A stretch of 64,000 nt of DNA, taken from Candidatus Omnitrophota bacterium (GTDB taxonomy: Bacteria; Omnitrophota; Gorgyraeia; Zapsychrales; Aceulaceae). Both the position numbers and the translations under genes were made by a program. Each line of letters starts with the position of its first letter. Position 1 is the first letter of the stretch. Where the stretch lies: the NCBI GenBank assembly GCA_029564765.1, contig JAKQPK010000023.1, positions 11,479-75,478 of the forward strand, in the 5' to 3' direction. Positions 7,036-16,563 of this stretch are shown piece by piece. The notes under the pieces are model-generated. The model was not told the origin of the DNA and did not search any database. It saw nothing but the letters and a program-made list of their open reading frames with translations.

Positions 7036-9228
7036 ATGTCCGATGTCCGCAAAACCTTACTGGAATACCAATTCCCCGAAAGCGTTATCGATGCCGTCAC
7101 TTCCAATGGCATAAAGAAATTCTATCCACCGCAGGCGCAAGCCATCAAGCACGGCGCCTTAGATGGCAAAAGCCTTCTTTTAGCAATTCCCACAGCTGCT
7201 GGAAAGACGTTTGTCGCTGAGCTATGCATGATCAAGTCCATCATCCAAAACGGCGGACGATGTCTTTATATTGCACCCTTAAAAGCTCTAGCGAGCGAGA
7301 AGTTTAACGATTTTCAGAAAAAATATGAGCCTTTAGGAATCCATGTCGGCATTGCAACAGGCGATCTGGATAGCCCCAGCAAAAGCTTGAATCGTTATCA
7401 AATATTGATCGCCACCGCCGAGAAAGTGGACGCGCTATTGCGTTCCCGCGCTAAATGGCTTATTGATAATCTTTCGGTTGTGGTCTTAGATGAAATTCAT
7501 TTCATCAACGATGAATCCCGCGGTCCAACGCTTGAAATTCTCACCGCGCGCATCAAACAGCTGAATCCTAACGTTCAGCTTCTTGCGCTGAGCGCTACGG
7601 TCAAGAACGCCAGCGAAATGGCGCAGTGGCTGAAGGCAGAATTCGTGGAAAGCACCTGGCGGCCCGTGCCGCTACGCGAAGGGGTTTATTTTAACGAAGA
7701 AATTGTTTTTGACGGGTTTGGCAGGAAGGCTATTCACGAAGACGAATTTCCAGATGACTTGACCAAACTGACGCTGGATACTTTGCGCGGCAAAGGACAA
7801 GTGTTGGTGTTTGTCAACAGCCGCCGCTCGGCGCAAGCCTCCGCGTTATTGCTTGCAAGCCCGGTGTCGGAGCTTCTCAAACCTAGCGAAAAAGAATTGC
7901 TCAAGGAGCTTTCACAACAAGTCGTCAAAGGAAGCGGTGAAGCGACAAAGATTTGCCGCAAGCTCTCTAATGTCTTAGAACACGGCGTTGCTTTTCACCA
8001 CGCGGGGCTTCGGCCAGAACAACGCAAGATCATTGAAGACGCGTTCCGTCAAAATTTGGTCCGTGTCATCTGCTCTACGCCAACGCTCGCGGCCGGAGTG
8101 AACCTCCCTGCCCAGCGCACTATCTTGCGCGACACCAAACGCTACGAATCAGGGCTTGGCGCCGCTTACATTCCGGTTTCCGAATACAAGCAATGTGCCG
8201 GACGTGCCGGACGGCCCGGCTACGATGATTTTGGTGAAGCGGTCATCATCGCGAAAACCTTTGCCGAGTCGCGGCTTCTCTTTGAACGCTACATTGAAGC
8301 CGCCCCTGAGCCTGTCATTTCTAAATTAGGAAGCGAATCGGCCTTGCGCATCCACATCTTGGCTTCTATTGCCGCCGGACACGTGCACGATATCAATGAG
8401 ATGTTTGAATTCATCTCGCATACATTTTTAGCCCACCAAAAACTCACGGGCAACTTGATCGAGCTTATCAGCAAGATCTTTGATTTCTTGGAAAAACACG
8501 GACTTATTGAAAAAAGCGGATTTCGGTATTTCGCAACAGCCTTTGGTCAATGTGTAAGCCGCCTGTACATTGACCCCATCACAGGCATTATGCTCCATCA
8601 AGGCCTCGCGAAAGCCCATCGGACCGGCGGATATTCGGCAACAGGATTATTACACCTTGTTGCCTGCTGCCCTGACGCGGAAAGGCTTGCGAGCATCACA
8701 AAATCTGACTATGAACAACTGGAAGGATTTATGTCTTCTTGTGGGGATGAATTTATCGTGACAGCGCAGGATTTTCCTGATCTGGAGGATTTCTTTTTTC
8801 AATTGCGTGTTCTAAAAACAACGCTTCTCTGGTCGCAATGGATCGATGAAACAAAAGAAGATGATCTCTGTGATCGTTTTAATGTCGGGCCAGGCGATAT
8901 TCACCGTCATGTAGAATCCGCGCAGTGGATCCTCTATGCAGCCTCCGTTATCGCTGAACTTTTTAAATTTAAACGCCTCACCTTCGCGACCGATGACCTC
9001 AAACGCCGCATCCAATACGGTATTCGCGAAGAACTCCTCGATCTTGTCCTCTTAAAAGGCGTAGGACGCATTCGCGCGCGCAATCTTTTCTCCAAAGGAT
9101 TTAAAAAGCTTTCTGATCTTCGCCTGGCACCCCTCGATGATATCGCCAGTGTCCCGCAGATCGGCAAGGCTCTTGCCAAGGATATCCTCAATCAAATTCA
9201 AAATTTCAAAGTCAAAAGTCAAAAATAA
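7036..9228 (+). CDS. hel308: Hel308/Ski2-like SF2 DNA helicase, archaeal type, with C-terminal HhH
   Basis: YPPQAQAI, IPTAAGKT, DEIH, SAT, HHAGL, TPTLAAGVNLPA, QCAGRAGRPGYD, SRLYIDP, RIQYGIREELLDL and GVGRIRAR motifs; 730 aa. Confidence 0.88.
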   Translation: MSDVRKTLLEYQFPESVIDAVTSNGIKKFYPPQAQAIKHGALDGKSLLLAIPTAAGKTFVAELCMIKSIIQNGGRCLYIAPLKALASEKFNDFQKKYEPLGIHVGIATGDLDSPSKSLNRYQILIATAEKVDALLRSRAKWLIDNLSVVVLDEIHFINDESRGPTLEILTARIKQLNPNVQLLALSATVKNASEMAQWLKAEFVESTWRPVPLREGVYFNEEIVFDGFGRKAIHEDEFPDDLTKLTLDTLRGKGQVLVFVNSRRSAQASALLLASPVSELLKPSEKELLKELSQQVVKGSGEATKICRKLSNVLEHGVAFHHAGLRPEQRKIIEDAFRQNLVRVICSTPTLAAGVNLPAQRTILRDTKRYESGLGAAYIPVSEYKQCAGRAGRPGYDDFGEAVIIAKTFAESRLLFERYIEAAPEPVISKLGSESALRIHILASIAAGHVHDINEMFEFISHTFLAHQKLTGNLIELISKIFDFLEKHGLIEKSGFRYFATAFGQCVSRLYIDPITGIMLHQGLAKAHRTGGYSATGLLHLVACCPDAERLASITKSDYEQLEGFMSSCGDEFIVTAQDFPDLEDFFFQLRVLKTTLLWSQWIDETKEDDLCDRFNVGPGDIHRHVESAQWILYAASVIAELFKFKRLTFATDDLKRRIQYGIREELLDLVLLKGVGRIRARNLFSKGFKKLSDLRLAPLDDIASVPQIGKALAKDILNQIQNFKVKSQK

Positions 9229-9365
9229 AATCAAAAAGCAGATCAAGCTTTAAGATCCAAGATTCAAGAAAACAAAACGATCAAAATTGACTTCTTGCCA
9301 GTAAATTTATTATTTTTTTCCCGTCTTTTACCTTTTGAATTCTGACTTTTGAATCTTGACTTATT
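9190..9365. repeat. Degenerate short (about 7 bp) TCAAAA/TTTTGA mirror repeats between convergent hel308 and recO
   Basis: TCAAAGTCAAAAGTCAAAAA on the left and TTTTGAATTCTGACTTTTGAATCTTGAC on the right. Confidence 0.55.
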
Positions 9366-9366
9366 C

Positions 9367-10110
9367 TTATCGTTTGTGGTTAAGAAAGCGCGCGCTTTTC
9401 ATGTGCCGCTCAAGATGATAGACAAGAAAATTGTTGAGGATAAACTTGAGCTCTTTTTGGGTTAGAGCGGTAAGCCTAAGGCGTAGAATATTTTTCCATT
9501 CACCTTTTTCGATATGCACAAGCGACGCGATAGTCCCGCGTGAAACGTGTGTGGCGGCGTGATCATTACCATAACAGTTCTCACAAATAAGCCCGCCGAG
9601 CTTCATGCTAAAATGCATCTTCGGCGATATCTTAGCCTGGCAAACGACGCATGAATCCAAATACGGACGAAAACCCGACAACAACAAGATCTTGATCTGA
9701 AAGACATGCACAAGCTTGCTGACATCATCCGTATCCTCAAGGGTGTGAAGGTACCTTAACAGCAGATCATAGATCAGTTCGTTCTTTTCCTCCATTGGCA
9801 TAATGGAATCAACAAGCTCAAGGGCGTAGCTCGCCGCCAGAGTACGCTTGATGTCCTGACGGATCTTGAAAAAAAACGCCTTAAGATCGCACTGACCTAC
9901 CAAATGCAATTCCGCGTCACGGTGAAAATAATAGACGATATCATTAACGGAAAATTGATCGATGTTGCTACCGAATTTTTTGTGATCCTTGCGGATACCT
10001 TTAAGGACCCCCTTGATCTTGCCGTGATCACGGGTAAAGAAAGTCGCGATACGACTGGTTTCGCGAAAATCAAAACGTTTCAGGACGATACCTTCGGTTT
10101 TTAAGATCAT
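9367..10110 (-). CDS. recO: DNA repair protein RecO
   Basis: TEGIVLKR..FRETSRI..FTRDHGKI N-terminus; CxxC...CxxC zinc finger. Confidence 0.93.
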   Translation of the reverse strand: MILKTEGIVLKRFDFRETSRIATFFTRDHGKIKGVLKGIRKDHKKFGSNIDQFSVNDIVYYFHRDAELHLVGQCDLKAFFFKIRQDIKRTLAASYALELVDSIMPMEEKNELIYDLLLRYLHTLEDTDDVSKLVHVFQIKILLLSGFRPYLDSCVVCQAKISPKMHFSMKLGGLICENCYGNDHAATHVSRGTIASLVHIEKGEWKNILRLRLTALTQKELKFILNNFLVYHLERHMKSARFLNHKR

Positions 10111-10547
10111 TTCTTTTTTAGGCGGGCTAAAACGGCTTTTTCTTTGGCACGCATGCGCGTGATATCTTTGGCGCTATGGTCATCAAAACCCAACAGATGC
10201 AAGATGCCGTGAATGATATACAACAAAAGCTCATCAGAAACGGTCGTCTTGAAAACCTTCGATTGGCGCTTAGCGGTGTCCGCCGAGACGACCACCTCGC
10301 CATACAGACCATGGGCGCGCCCGATACAGCTTGAGGCCAAATTAAACGCGAGGACATCTGTTGCGTAATCGTGCTTTAAATATTTTTGGTTCAAAGATTT
10401 AATATGAGAGTCGCTGACGATCGCGATAGAAAGGTCCGCGGCGGCAATGCCTTCATGAGAAAGGAACTTCTTAACCTTGGCTGCTATCAGGTGAGGGCGT
10501 AAGGGAATTCGCGTCTGGAGGTTTCGAACGTCGATTTGCGTTTTCAT
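10107..10547 (-). CDS. ybeY: rRNA maturation endoribonuclease YbeY
   Basis: TDVLAF and HGILHLLGFDH motifs. Confidence 0.95.
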   Translation of the reverse strand: MKTQIDVRNLQTRIPLRPHLIAAKVKKFLSHEGIAAADLSIAIVSDSHIKSLNQKYLKHDYATDVLAFNLASSCIGRAHGLYGEVVVSADTAKRQSKVFKTTVSDELLLYIIHGILHLLGFDDHSAKDITRMRAKEKAVLARLKKK

Positions 10548-11895
10548 TCTTTCTCTCAGGATATTTAACGCGCGTATGATACATCGCGCTTAGAACGCGT
10601 GTGAACGTCATGCCGATCACTTCCAGGTCCTTAAGCGTCAAACTGCATTCATCCAGCTGACCGTCAATAAATTTATTGTTGATGATCTTACGTACGGTTT
10701 CATCGATACGCGGAGGGGTCGGCTCTTCCAGCGCACGACAAGCGCCTTCTACAGAATCCGCCAGCATCATAATGGCGGTTTCGCGGGTCTGAGGCTTTGG
10801 CCCTGGATAACGGAAAGTCTGCTCGTCGATCGCCTCCCCTTCCCGAGCTTCAGAGATCGCCTTTTGATAGAAATAATGCATCAAACTTTTTCCATGATGC
10901 TGCTGGACAAAATCAATGATCGCCGGATGAAAGTGATATTTTTTCGCGACCTCAACACCATTGATGACATGATTAAAAATGACCAGGCGGCTCATCGTTG
11001 GCTCAAGGTTATCATGTTTGCTGGACTCAAAGATCTGGTTCTCGACAAAATATTCCGGCTTGTCGATCTTGCCGATGTCATGGTAATACGAACCAACCCG
11101 GCACAAAAGAGCGTTGGCACCAACGGCGTTGGCAGCGATCTCAGCCAGATTGCCAACCAACAAGCTATGATGATATGTCCCAGGGGCCTCTAGGATCATC
11201 CGCTTCAATAAAGGATGGTTCAAGTCTGACAACTCCAAAAGGCTAAAATTCGTTATAACACCGAACAGATATTCAAAGACCTTCAGTGTGGCGATCACGA
11301 TCATAGCCGAGACCAGGCCGTTGATGAACAGCGGCCGAAAATAATCCAAAAGAAAATGACGGCTGAAGATGAAATCTGGGAAGGGATTCAAGAGCGTGAC
11401 ACAGAGGACCTGAAAAATACTGATAAAGAATCCCGCGTTGATCAGCTCGCTGCGCGTACGCGCGTTGCGAACCCTCAAAGCGCCAACGACGCTCGCGATA
11501 AAATAGATCACAGCGATATCGAGGCGATTGCCGGCGACCAACCCGGTCAGAATGCTAGCGGCAAAGGACATCAACAGCGCCAAGTAAAGATCATTATAAA
11601 GGATAATGACCAGAAGCCCAACCGCGGAAACCGGGATCAACAGATTGGAATAAAACGCGTACCGATTGGATGTGTACGCTAAGAAAAGAAGGATCGCGAG
11701 CAAAAATCCAAGGTTGAGAAAAAGGCGGTAATCGGACTTGCGCGCAAGAACACAATAGACACCTAAGACCAGCAAGAATAGCGGGATCGCCAAGGAGAGC
11801 TTGGCGATATAGCAAAACACGGTCAACGCCACGAATAAAACACTTAGAATGATGGCGTTAGCTATGCGTAAATTATTTAGAATTCGATTTTTCAT
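10471..11895 (-). CDS. 7TM-HDIG phosphohydrolase (PgpH-like), lacking the large extracellular domain
   Basis: Multiple TM segments, EAPGTYHHS, YYHDIGK, QQHHG, FRYPGPKP and MLADSVE; phoH-HD-ybeY context; start probably ATG 11895. Confidence 0.85.
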   Translation of the reverse strand: MKNRILNNLRIANAIILSVLFVALTVFCYIAKLSLAIPLFLLVLGVYCVLARKSDYRLFLNLGFLLAILLFLAYTSNRYAFYSNLLIPVSAVGLLVIILYNDLYLALLMSFAASILTGLVAGNRLDIAVIYFIASVVGALRVRNARTRSELINAGFFISIFQVLCVTLLNPFPDFIFSRHFLLDYFRPLFINGLVSAMIVIATLKVFEYLFGVITNFSLLELSDLNHPLLKRMILEAPGTYHHSLLVGNLAEIAANAVGANALLCRVGSYYHDIGKIDKPEYFVENQIFESSKHDNLEPTMSRLVIFNHVINGVEVAKKYHFHPAIIDFVQQHHGKSLMHYFYQKAISEAREGEAIDEQTFRYPGPKPQTRETAIMMLADSVEGACRALEEPTPPRIDETVRKIINNKFIDGQLDECSLTLKDLEVIGMTFTRVLSAMYHTRVKYPERKNENANRRSKPPDANSLTPSPDSSQG

Positions 11896-12826
11896 ACGCC
11901 TCAATAATGCGCTGAACAAGCTCATGGCGGACAACATCTTCGCCGGTCAAATAGACGAACTTTATCCCATCGACATCCTTCAGGATCTTCTCCGCGGAAA
12001 CAAGCCCAGGAAGCTCGCCCGCCGGTAAGTCGCTCTGCGTGATGTCGCCAGTAATAACAGCTTTGGAATCAAAGCCGAGACGGGTCAAGAACATCTTCAT
12101 TTGGTCCTTCGTGCAATTTTGCGCCTCATCCAGGATAACGAACGCGTCATTTAAGGTGCGTCCGCGCATGTAAGCCAGCGGAGCGACCTCGATGATGCCT
12201 TTTTCGGCATACTGATCGACCCTTTCGGCCTCGATCATGTCATAAAGCGCGTCATATAATGGACGCAAATATGGTGAAACTTTTTCCACCATATCGCCCG
12301 GCAAGAACCCTAAACTTTCTCCCGCCTCAATGGCAGGACGGGTCAAGATGATACGACGAACCAACCCTTTCTGAAGGGCGTTGACGGCCATCGCCATGGC
12401 CAAATATGTTTTTCCTGTGCCGGCAGGCCCAATACCAAAAACAATATCGCTCTTCTTGATGGTCTCAACGTATTCGACCTGGCCTTTGGTCTTAGGTGTA
12501 ACGACCGAACCTTTTTTGGCCGCGACAGGGATCTTGCGCTTTGAAAGGGTTTTAAAATCAAAGCCTTGACCTGGATCAGCCAAGCGTAAAGCATAGATAA
12601 TATCATAGCGCTTGACATCTTGGCCTTTCTGGACGAAATCCATCAAGTAGTCCATCAAGCCGGAAACGCGATCGATCTTCTCTTCACTGCCAACGACCCG
12701 AAGGCCTTCTTGGATACGAAAGATCTGGATCCCCAACTCATTCTCGATCAGCTTGAGGTTCTGATCGTATTTTCCGAAAATAAGCTGAAGGTCCTGATTA
12801 CTTGTCAGTTTAAGGATGCGCTCCAT
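11873..12826 (-). CDS. phoH: PhoH family ATPase
   Basis: GPAGTGKTYLA, LGFLPGD, YMRGRTL and DEAQN motifs. Confidence 0.95.
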   Translation of the reverse strand: MERILKLTSNQDLQLIFGKYDQNLKLIENELGIQIFRIQEGLRVVGSEEKIDRVSGLMDYLMDFVQKGQDVKRYDIIYALRLADPGQGFDFKTLSKRKIPVAAKKGSVVTPKTKGQVEYVETIKKSDIVFGIGPAGTGKTYLAMAMAVNALQKGLVRRIILTRPAIEAGESLGFLPGDMVEKVSPYLRPLYDALYDMIEAERVDQYAEKGIIEVAPLAYMRGRTLNDAFVILDEAQNCTKDQMKMFLTRLGFDSKAVITGDITQSDLPAGELPGLVSAEKILKDVDGIKFVYLTGEDVVRHELVQRIIEAYEKSNSK

Positions 12827-12832
12827 ACGGCA

Positions 12833-13363
12833 TTAATTCTGCGGAACGCGAATGACTTTTCCTGGCTTGATACGATCAGGGTTCGTCAGAACGTCCTTGT
12901 TAACTTGGTAAATATCATTCCAGCGGCCATAGGTGCCGTAGAATTCTTTGGAGATCTTCTGCAGTGTATCCCCTTCTTTGATCTTATAATCGACAAAGGT
13001 CGCTTTTTTCTCAACGACAACAGGCTCTGGGGCATCCGGCAAAACGATCGCTCTTGGCTTGACCGTGCTGCGGGTTGTAAAATTTTGCTCCGTGTAGACC
13101 TCCGAAGAGACACTGCTTGTGTCCGTCTTGGTGGCGGTGTCGATCTTTTTAGGATTGGTCACGACTTCCAAAACATATGTTCGACGGGTTTGCTTGACAT
13201 CCCCACGGTCTGCTTGCGGGCATGCGCCTTGGATACATCCCGCATTGCCGGTCATCTCCTGATCAACGCGTCCACGATCCTGAACATAGGTCCTCATTGT
13301 GCAACTGGCCAAAAAACATGCCACGACAACGATCGCGATCCTTGCGAAAAGACGATTTAACAT
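12833..13363 (-). CDS. LysM-domain lipoprotein
   Basis: Lipobox LASC; C-terminal YKIKEGDTLQKISKEFYG...NPDRIKPG. Confidence 0.85.
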   Translation of the reverse strand: MLNRLFARIAIVVVACFLASCTMRTYVQDRGRVDQEMTGNAGCIQGACPQADRGDVKQTRRTYVLEVVTNPKKIDTATKTDTSSVSSEVYTEQNFTTRSTVKPRAIVLPDAPEPVVVEKKATFVDYKIKEGDTLQKISKEFYGTYGRWNDIYQVNKDVLTNPDRIKPGKVIRVPQN

Positions 13364-14763
13364 TACTCTCCTCCTTTTTTATTAATAGAGATAATTCCCA
13401 ATTCTTTCAATTGCTTACTATCAACTTCCGCCGGGGCTTCTGTCAACAGACAACTTCCTTTTTGTGTCTTAGGAAAAGCGATCACATCACGGATCGAATC
13501 AAGGCCCAAAAGGATCGCGACTAATCGATCAATACCATACGCCACGCCGGCATGCGGTGGAGCCCCATAGCGAAAGGCCTTGAGCAAGAAACCAAAACGC
13601 TTCTCCGCCTCCGCTTCATCAAAACCTATTATATCAAATATTTTCTTCTGTACATCTTGTTTGTGAATACGTATCGATCCGCTACCGATCTCGCTGCCGT
13701 TTAAAACCAGATCATAAGACCTGGAACGGATCTTATCGAACTGTCCGCTTTCCAACAACGGTATATCCTCCTGACAAAATGACGTAAAAGGATGATGCTC
13801 GCTTTCCCAGCGCTTTTCTTCTTCATTATATTTAAAGAGCGGGAAATCCACAACCCAAAGAAAAGAAAATTCCTCGCCTTGCTTGCGGGTGTCAGGTTTG
13901 TCGCTTTTGTATTGGGCCATGGCTTGCGCGTGCGTCATGCGCGGGAACGGGATCGCGATATCAACGCCCTTCACCTCTTTCATGATCTTTTGAAAAAGCC
14001 GTTCGGTCAAGCTAAACACATCTTCCTCTGTCACGAACGACATCTCCATATCCAGTTGCGTAAATTCTGGCTGACGGTCCGCGCGCAGATCCTCGTCGCG
14101 AAAACATTTCACGATCTGGTAATATCGATCAAGGCCGGAAACCATCAAGATCTGCTTGAACAATTGCGGTGATTGCGGAAGCGCGAAGAAAGTTCCTGGA
14201 TTAAGCCGCGAAGGCACTAAAAAATCCCGCGCGCCTTCCGGTGTGGACTTGGTCAGGACAGGCGTTTCAACTTCTGTGAACTGCTCGGCGTTCAGAAATT
14301 GACGAATGCACGAACAGATCTGATGGCGAACTCGTAAGGCCTGCATGACCTTTTGCTTGCGCAGGTCCAGATAGCGGTACGCCAGGCGAAGTTCTTCCGA
14401 CGGCTCAGCGGCATTATCATCGATCTCGAACACAGGCACTTCTGAAACGTTCAATATCTCAAGCGCGGTCGCGCACAACTCAATGTCGCCTGTTGCGACA
14501 TCCGGATTGACGTTCTTATCAGGGCGCACATTTACCTTACCGGTAATACGGACAACGAATTCCGGGCCGAGTTTTTGCGCTTCATCATGCGCTTGTTTAC
14601 TTACCGACGGAACAAAAACGACCTGCGTGATGCCATAGCGATCTCGAATATCAATGAAGATCAATTTTCCATGATCCCGGCGCTTGTGCACCCAACCGCA
14701 CAGCGTGACCTCTTGATCCTTAAATGTTTTGTTTAATTCCCCGCAGGTGTGTGTTCTTAGCAT
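13363..14763 (-). CDS. aspS: Aspartyl-tRNA synthetase lacking the GAD insertion domain
   Basis: MLRTHTCG, STPEGARDF, CFRDEDLRADRQPEFTQ and GAPPHAG motifs; SDKPDTR runs directly into FLWVVDFP. Confidence 0.95.
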   Translation of the reverse strand: MLRTHTCGELNKTFKDQEVTLCGWVHKRRDHGKLIFIDIRDRYGITQVVFVPSVSKQAHDEAQKLGPEFVVRITGKVNVRPDKNVNPDVATGDIELCATALEILNVSEVPVFEIDDNAAEPSEELRLAYRYLDLRKQKVMQALRVRHQICSCIRQFLNAEQFTEVETPVLTKSTPEGARDFLVPSRLNPGTFFALPQSPQLFKQILMVSGLDRYYQIVKCFRDEDLRADRQPEFTQLDMEMSFVTEEDVFSLTERLFQKIMKEVKGVDIAIPFPRMTHAQAMAQYKSDKPDTRKQGEEFSFLWVVDFPLFKYNEEEKRWESEHHPFTSFCQEDIPLLESGQFDKIRSRSYDLVLNGSEIGSGSIRIHKQDVQKKIFDIIGFDEAEAEKRFGFLLKAFRYGAPPHAGVAYGIDRLVAILLGLDSIRDVIAFPKTQKGSCLLTEAPAEVDSKQLKELGIISINKKGGE

Positions 14764-14850
14764 AAATGAGCACCTTATCTTATAAAGCACAACGAACATC
14801 ACGTTTGCTGTGCGAATCTATTCCAACGCCTTAGGACATCGGAATAAATA
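14764..14850. repeat. Modular hairpin repeat (AAATGAGCAC...GTGCGAAT; TATTCC...GGAATA)
   Basis: Shares terminal motifs with 6903-7000, 22980-23070, 24391-24570 and 27151-27230. Confidence 0.55.
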
Positions 14851-16155
14851 TCATGTTAATACTAATTTCTTTATTTTCTCGACTATTTCTTCGCGTGAGA
14901 TCTTCTCTTGGCTGCCGGTCGTCATATCTTTGAGCGTGACGGCATTTTGATTCATTTCATCCTCACCCAGGATACAGACATAGCGCGCTGATAATTTATC
15001 CGCAAGGCGCATCTGACTTTTAAGGGATGCGGTCTTGTAGCTCATATCGCTTGCCAACCCTTGCTGCCTTAGCGTGTTCATGATCTGAAATGCACTCTCG
15101 AACGCTTTATCGTCGATAGGCGCAACAAAAACATCAACACCTCTAGCTTGAGGCTCTGGCACCGCTTGCCGTGCCAAGATAATACGTTCCATCCCCAATG
15201 AAAATCCTACCGCGTCAACACCTTCTGAGCCTCCAAGTTCTTGAACGAGCCCGTTATAGCGACCCCCAGCGCCTAAAGCATCCTGGCTTCCAAGGCTTGG
15301 GCTTGTGATCTCAAAAACAACCTGCGTATAATAATCCAAACCCCGCACCAAGGTCGGCACTTCCTGAAAAGAAACGCCCAAAAGACCCAAGGCCTTTTTG
15401 ACTTGCGCGTAATATTCCTGGGACTGCTGAGAAAGAAGCGAAACGCCAAGCTTCAAGCCTGCAACGATCTTTTGGCATTCCTGATTTTTACAATCGAGGA
15501 CGCGAAAAACATTGCGATCCAGCCTTTGCTGACATGTCGGACATAGTGACGCTTTTTGATCACCGATCATTTCACGCAAGACAGTGGACACGTTCTGTTT
15601 GTCCTCAAGAGAGCCAAGTGTGTTGATCTTTAAGACATGATCCTTAACGCCGAACGCTTTTAAAAGCGCGACGCTCAACCCCATGATCTCCGCGTCTAGA
15701 TAAGGCGACGCGCTATTAGGGCCTATAGCCTCAACACCGATCTGATAGAACTGACGTAATCTTCCCTTTTGCGGACGCTCGCCGCGGAACATCGGCCCTA
15801 TATAAAAAAGCTTTGTCAGGGCTTCTTTGCGATCAAGGCTATTCTCGATATAGGAGCGAACGACTGAAGCTGTTCCTTCTGGTCTTAATGAAAAGATCTT
15901 TGAGGATTGTCCGCTTTCCCCTTCACGCTGATTAGGCTGCAGGGTAAGCATTTGCTTTTGCACCACATCACTTGTTGCCCCCATGGAGCGAGCAAAAAGT
16001 TCTGTTTCTTCAAAAACGGGCGTACGGATCTCTTGATAATGATAAAGATCAAAAAGGGAGCGCGCCTTGGCCTCAATATCCTGCCATAAACGCACCTCTT
16101 GAGGCAGTATATCGGCGGTACCGCGCGGTAAAGAAAATTTATTCTGGTTGGCCAT
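14851..16155 (-). CDS. hisS: Histidyl-tRNA synthetase
   Basis: PRGTAD, LRPEGTA, ERPQKGRLRQF, LVRGLDYY and GGRY motifs. Confidence 0.97.
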   Translation of the reverse strand: MANQNKFSLPRGTADILPQEVRLWQDIEAKARSLFDLYHYQEIRTPVFEETELFARSMGATSDVVQKQMLTLQPNQREGESGQSSKIFSLRPEGTASVVRSYIENSLDRKEALTKLFYIGPMFRGERPQKGRLRQFYQIGVEAIGPNSASPYLDAEIMGLSVALLKAFGVKDHVLKINTLGSLEDKQNVSTVLREMIGDQKASLCPTCQQRLDRNVFRVLDCKNQECQKIVAGLKLGVSLLSQQSQEYYAQVKKALGLLGVSFQEVPTLVRGLDYYTQVVFEITSPSLGSQDALGAGGRYNGLVQELGGSEGVDAVGFSLGMERIILARQAVPEPQARGVDVFVAPIDDKAFESAFQIMNTLRQQGLASDMSYKTASLKSQMRLADKLSARYVCILGEDEMNQNAVTLKDMTTGSQEKISREEIVEKIKKLVLT

Positions 16156-16173
16156 AAATAACTTTTGTATAGG

Positions 16174-16203
16174 CACAAGGGCGGAGTTCTCTCCGCCCTT
16201 GTG
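16174..16203. terminator. Strong hairpin between HU and hisS (terminator-like, no clear U tract)
   Basis: CACAAGGGCGGAG-TTCT-CTCCGCCCTTGTG. Confidence 0.4.
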
Positions 16204-16230
16204 ATCATGTTCAATTGTAATAAATCAAAG

Positions 16231-16503
16231 CTATTTAATTCTCATTTTCATTTCCAAGCCAGGCTTGAAAACGACGACTTTTCTCGGCGGGACAGGAACT
16301 CCTTCTCCGGTACGAGGGTTGCGTCCAAAACGGGCCTTGCGTTCTTTGATCTTGAACACGCCAAAATTACGCAACTCAACCTTCTCAGAGCGGATGAGGC
16401 TATCAATAATGGCGTCAAAGGTCTTTTGAACGACTTTCTTGACATCCACCTGCTTGATGCCGGTCATATCCGTGATCTTAAGGACAATGTCTTTTTTTGT
16501 CAT
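16231..16503 (-). CDS. HU/IHF family DNA-binding protein
   Basis: VELRNFGVF and GRNPRTGE motifs; GGAGG RBS before ATG 16503. Confidence 0.93.
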   Translation of the reverse strand: MTKKDIVLKITDMTGIKQVDVKKVVQKTFDAIIDSLIRSEKVELRNFGVFKIKERKARFGRNPRTGEGVPVPPRKVVVFKPGLEMKMRIK

Positions 16504-16527
16504 TAATGTTACCTCCAAGTCCTAAGT

Positions 16528-16556
16528 ATAGTATCAACAAGAGGTTATAGTGTCAA
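16528..16556 (-). promoter_or_regulatory. sigma70 promoter of the HU gene
   Basis: TTGACA-17 bp-TACTAT. Confidence 0.6.
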
Positions 16557-16563
16557 GGCAAAA

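Noticed and set aside
12620-13360. 246-aa plus-strand ORF, and many similar antisense ORFs across the window
   Set aside because: They are shadows of well-supported minus-strand genes and have no motifs or RBS of their own.
14764-14817. Hammerhead ribozyme core suggested by TGAG...CGAA
   Set aside because: The CUGA preceding UGA and the GAAA/UH cleavage arrangement are absent in all copies.
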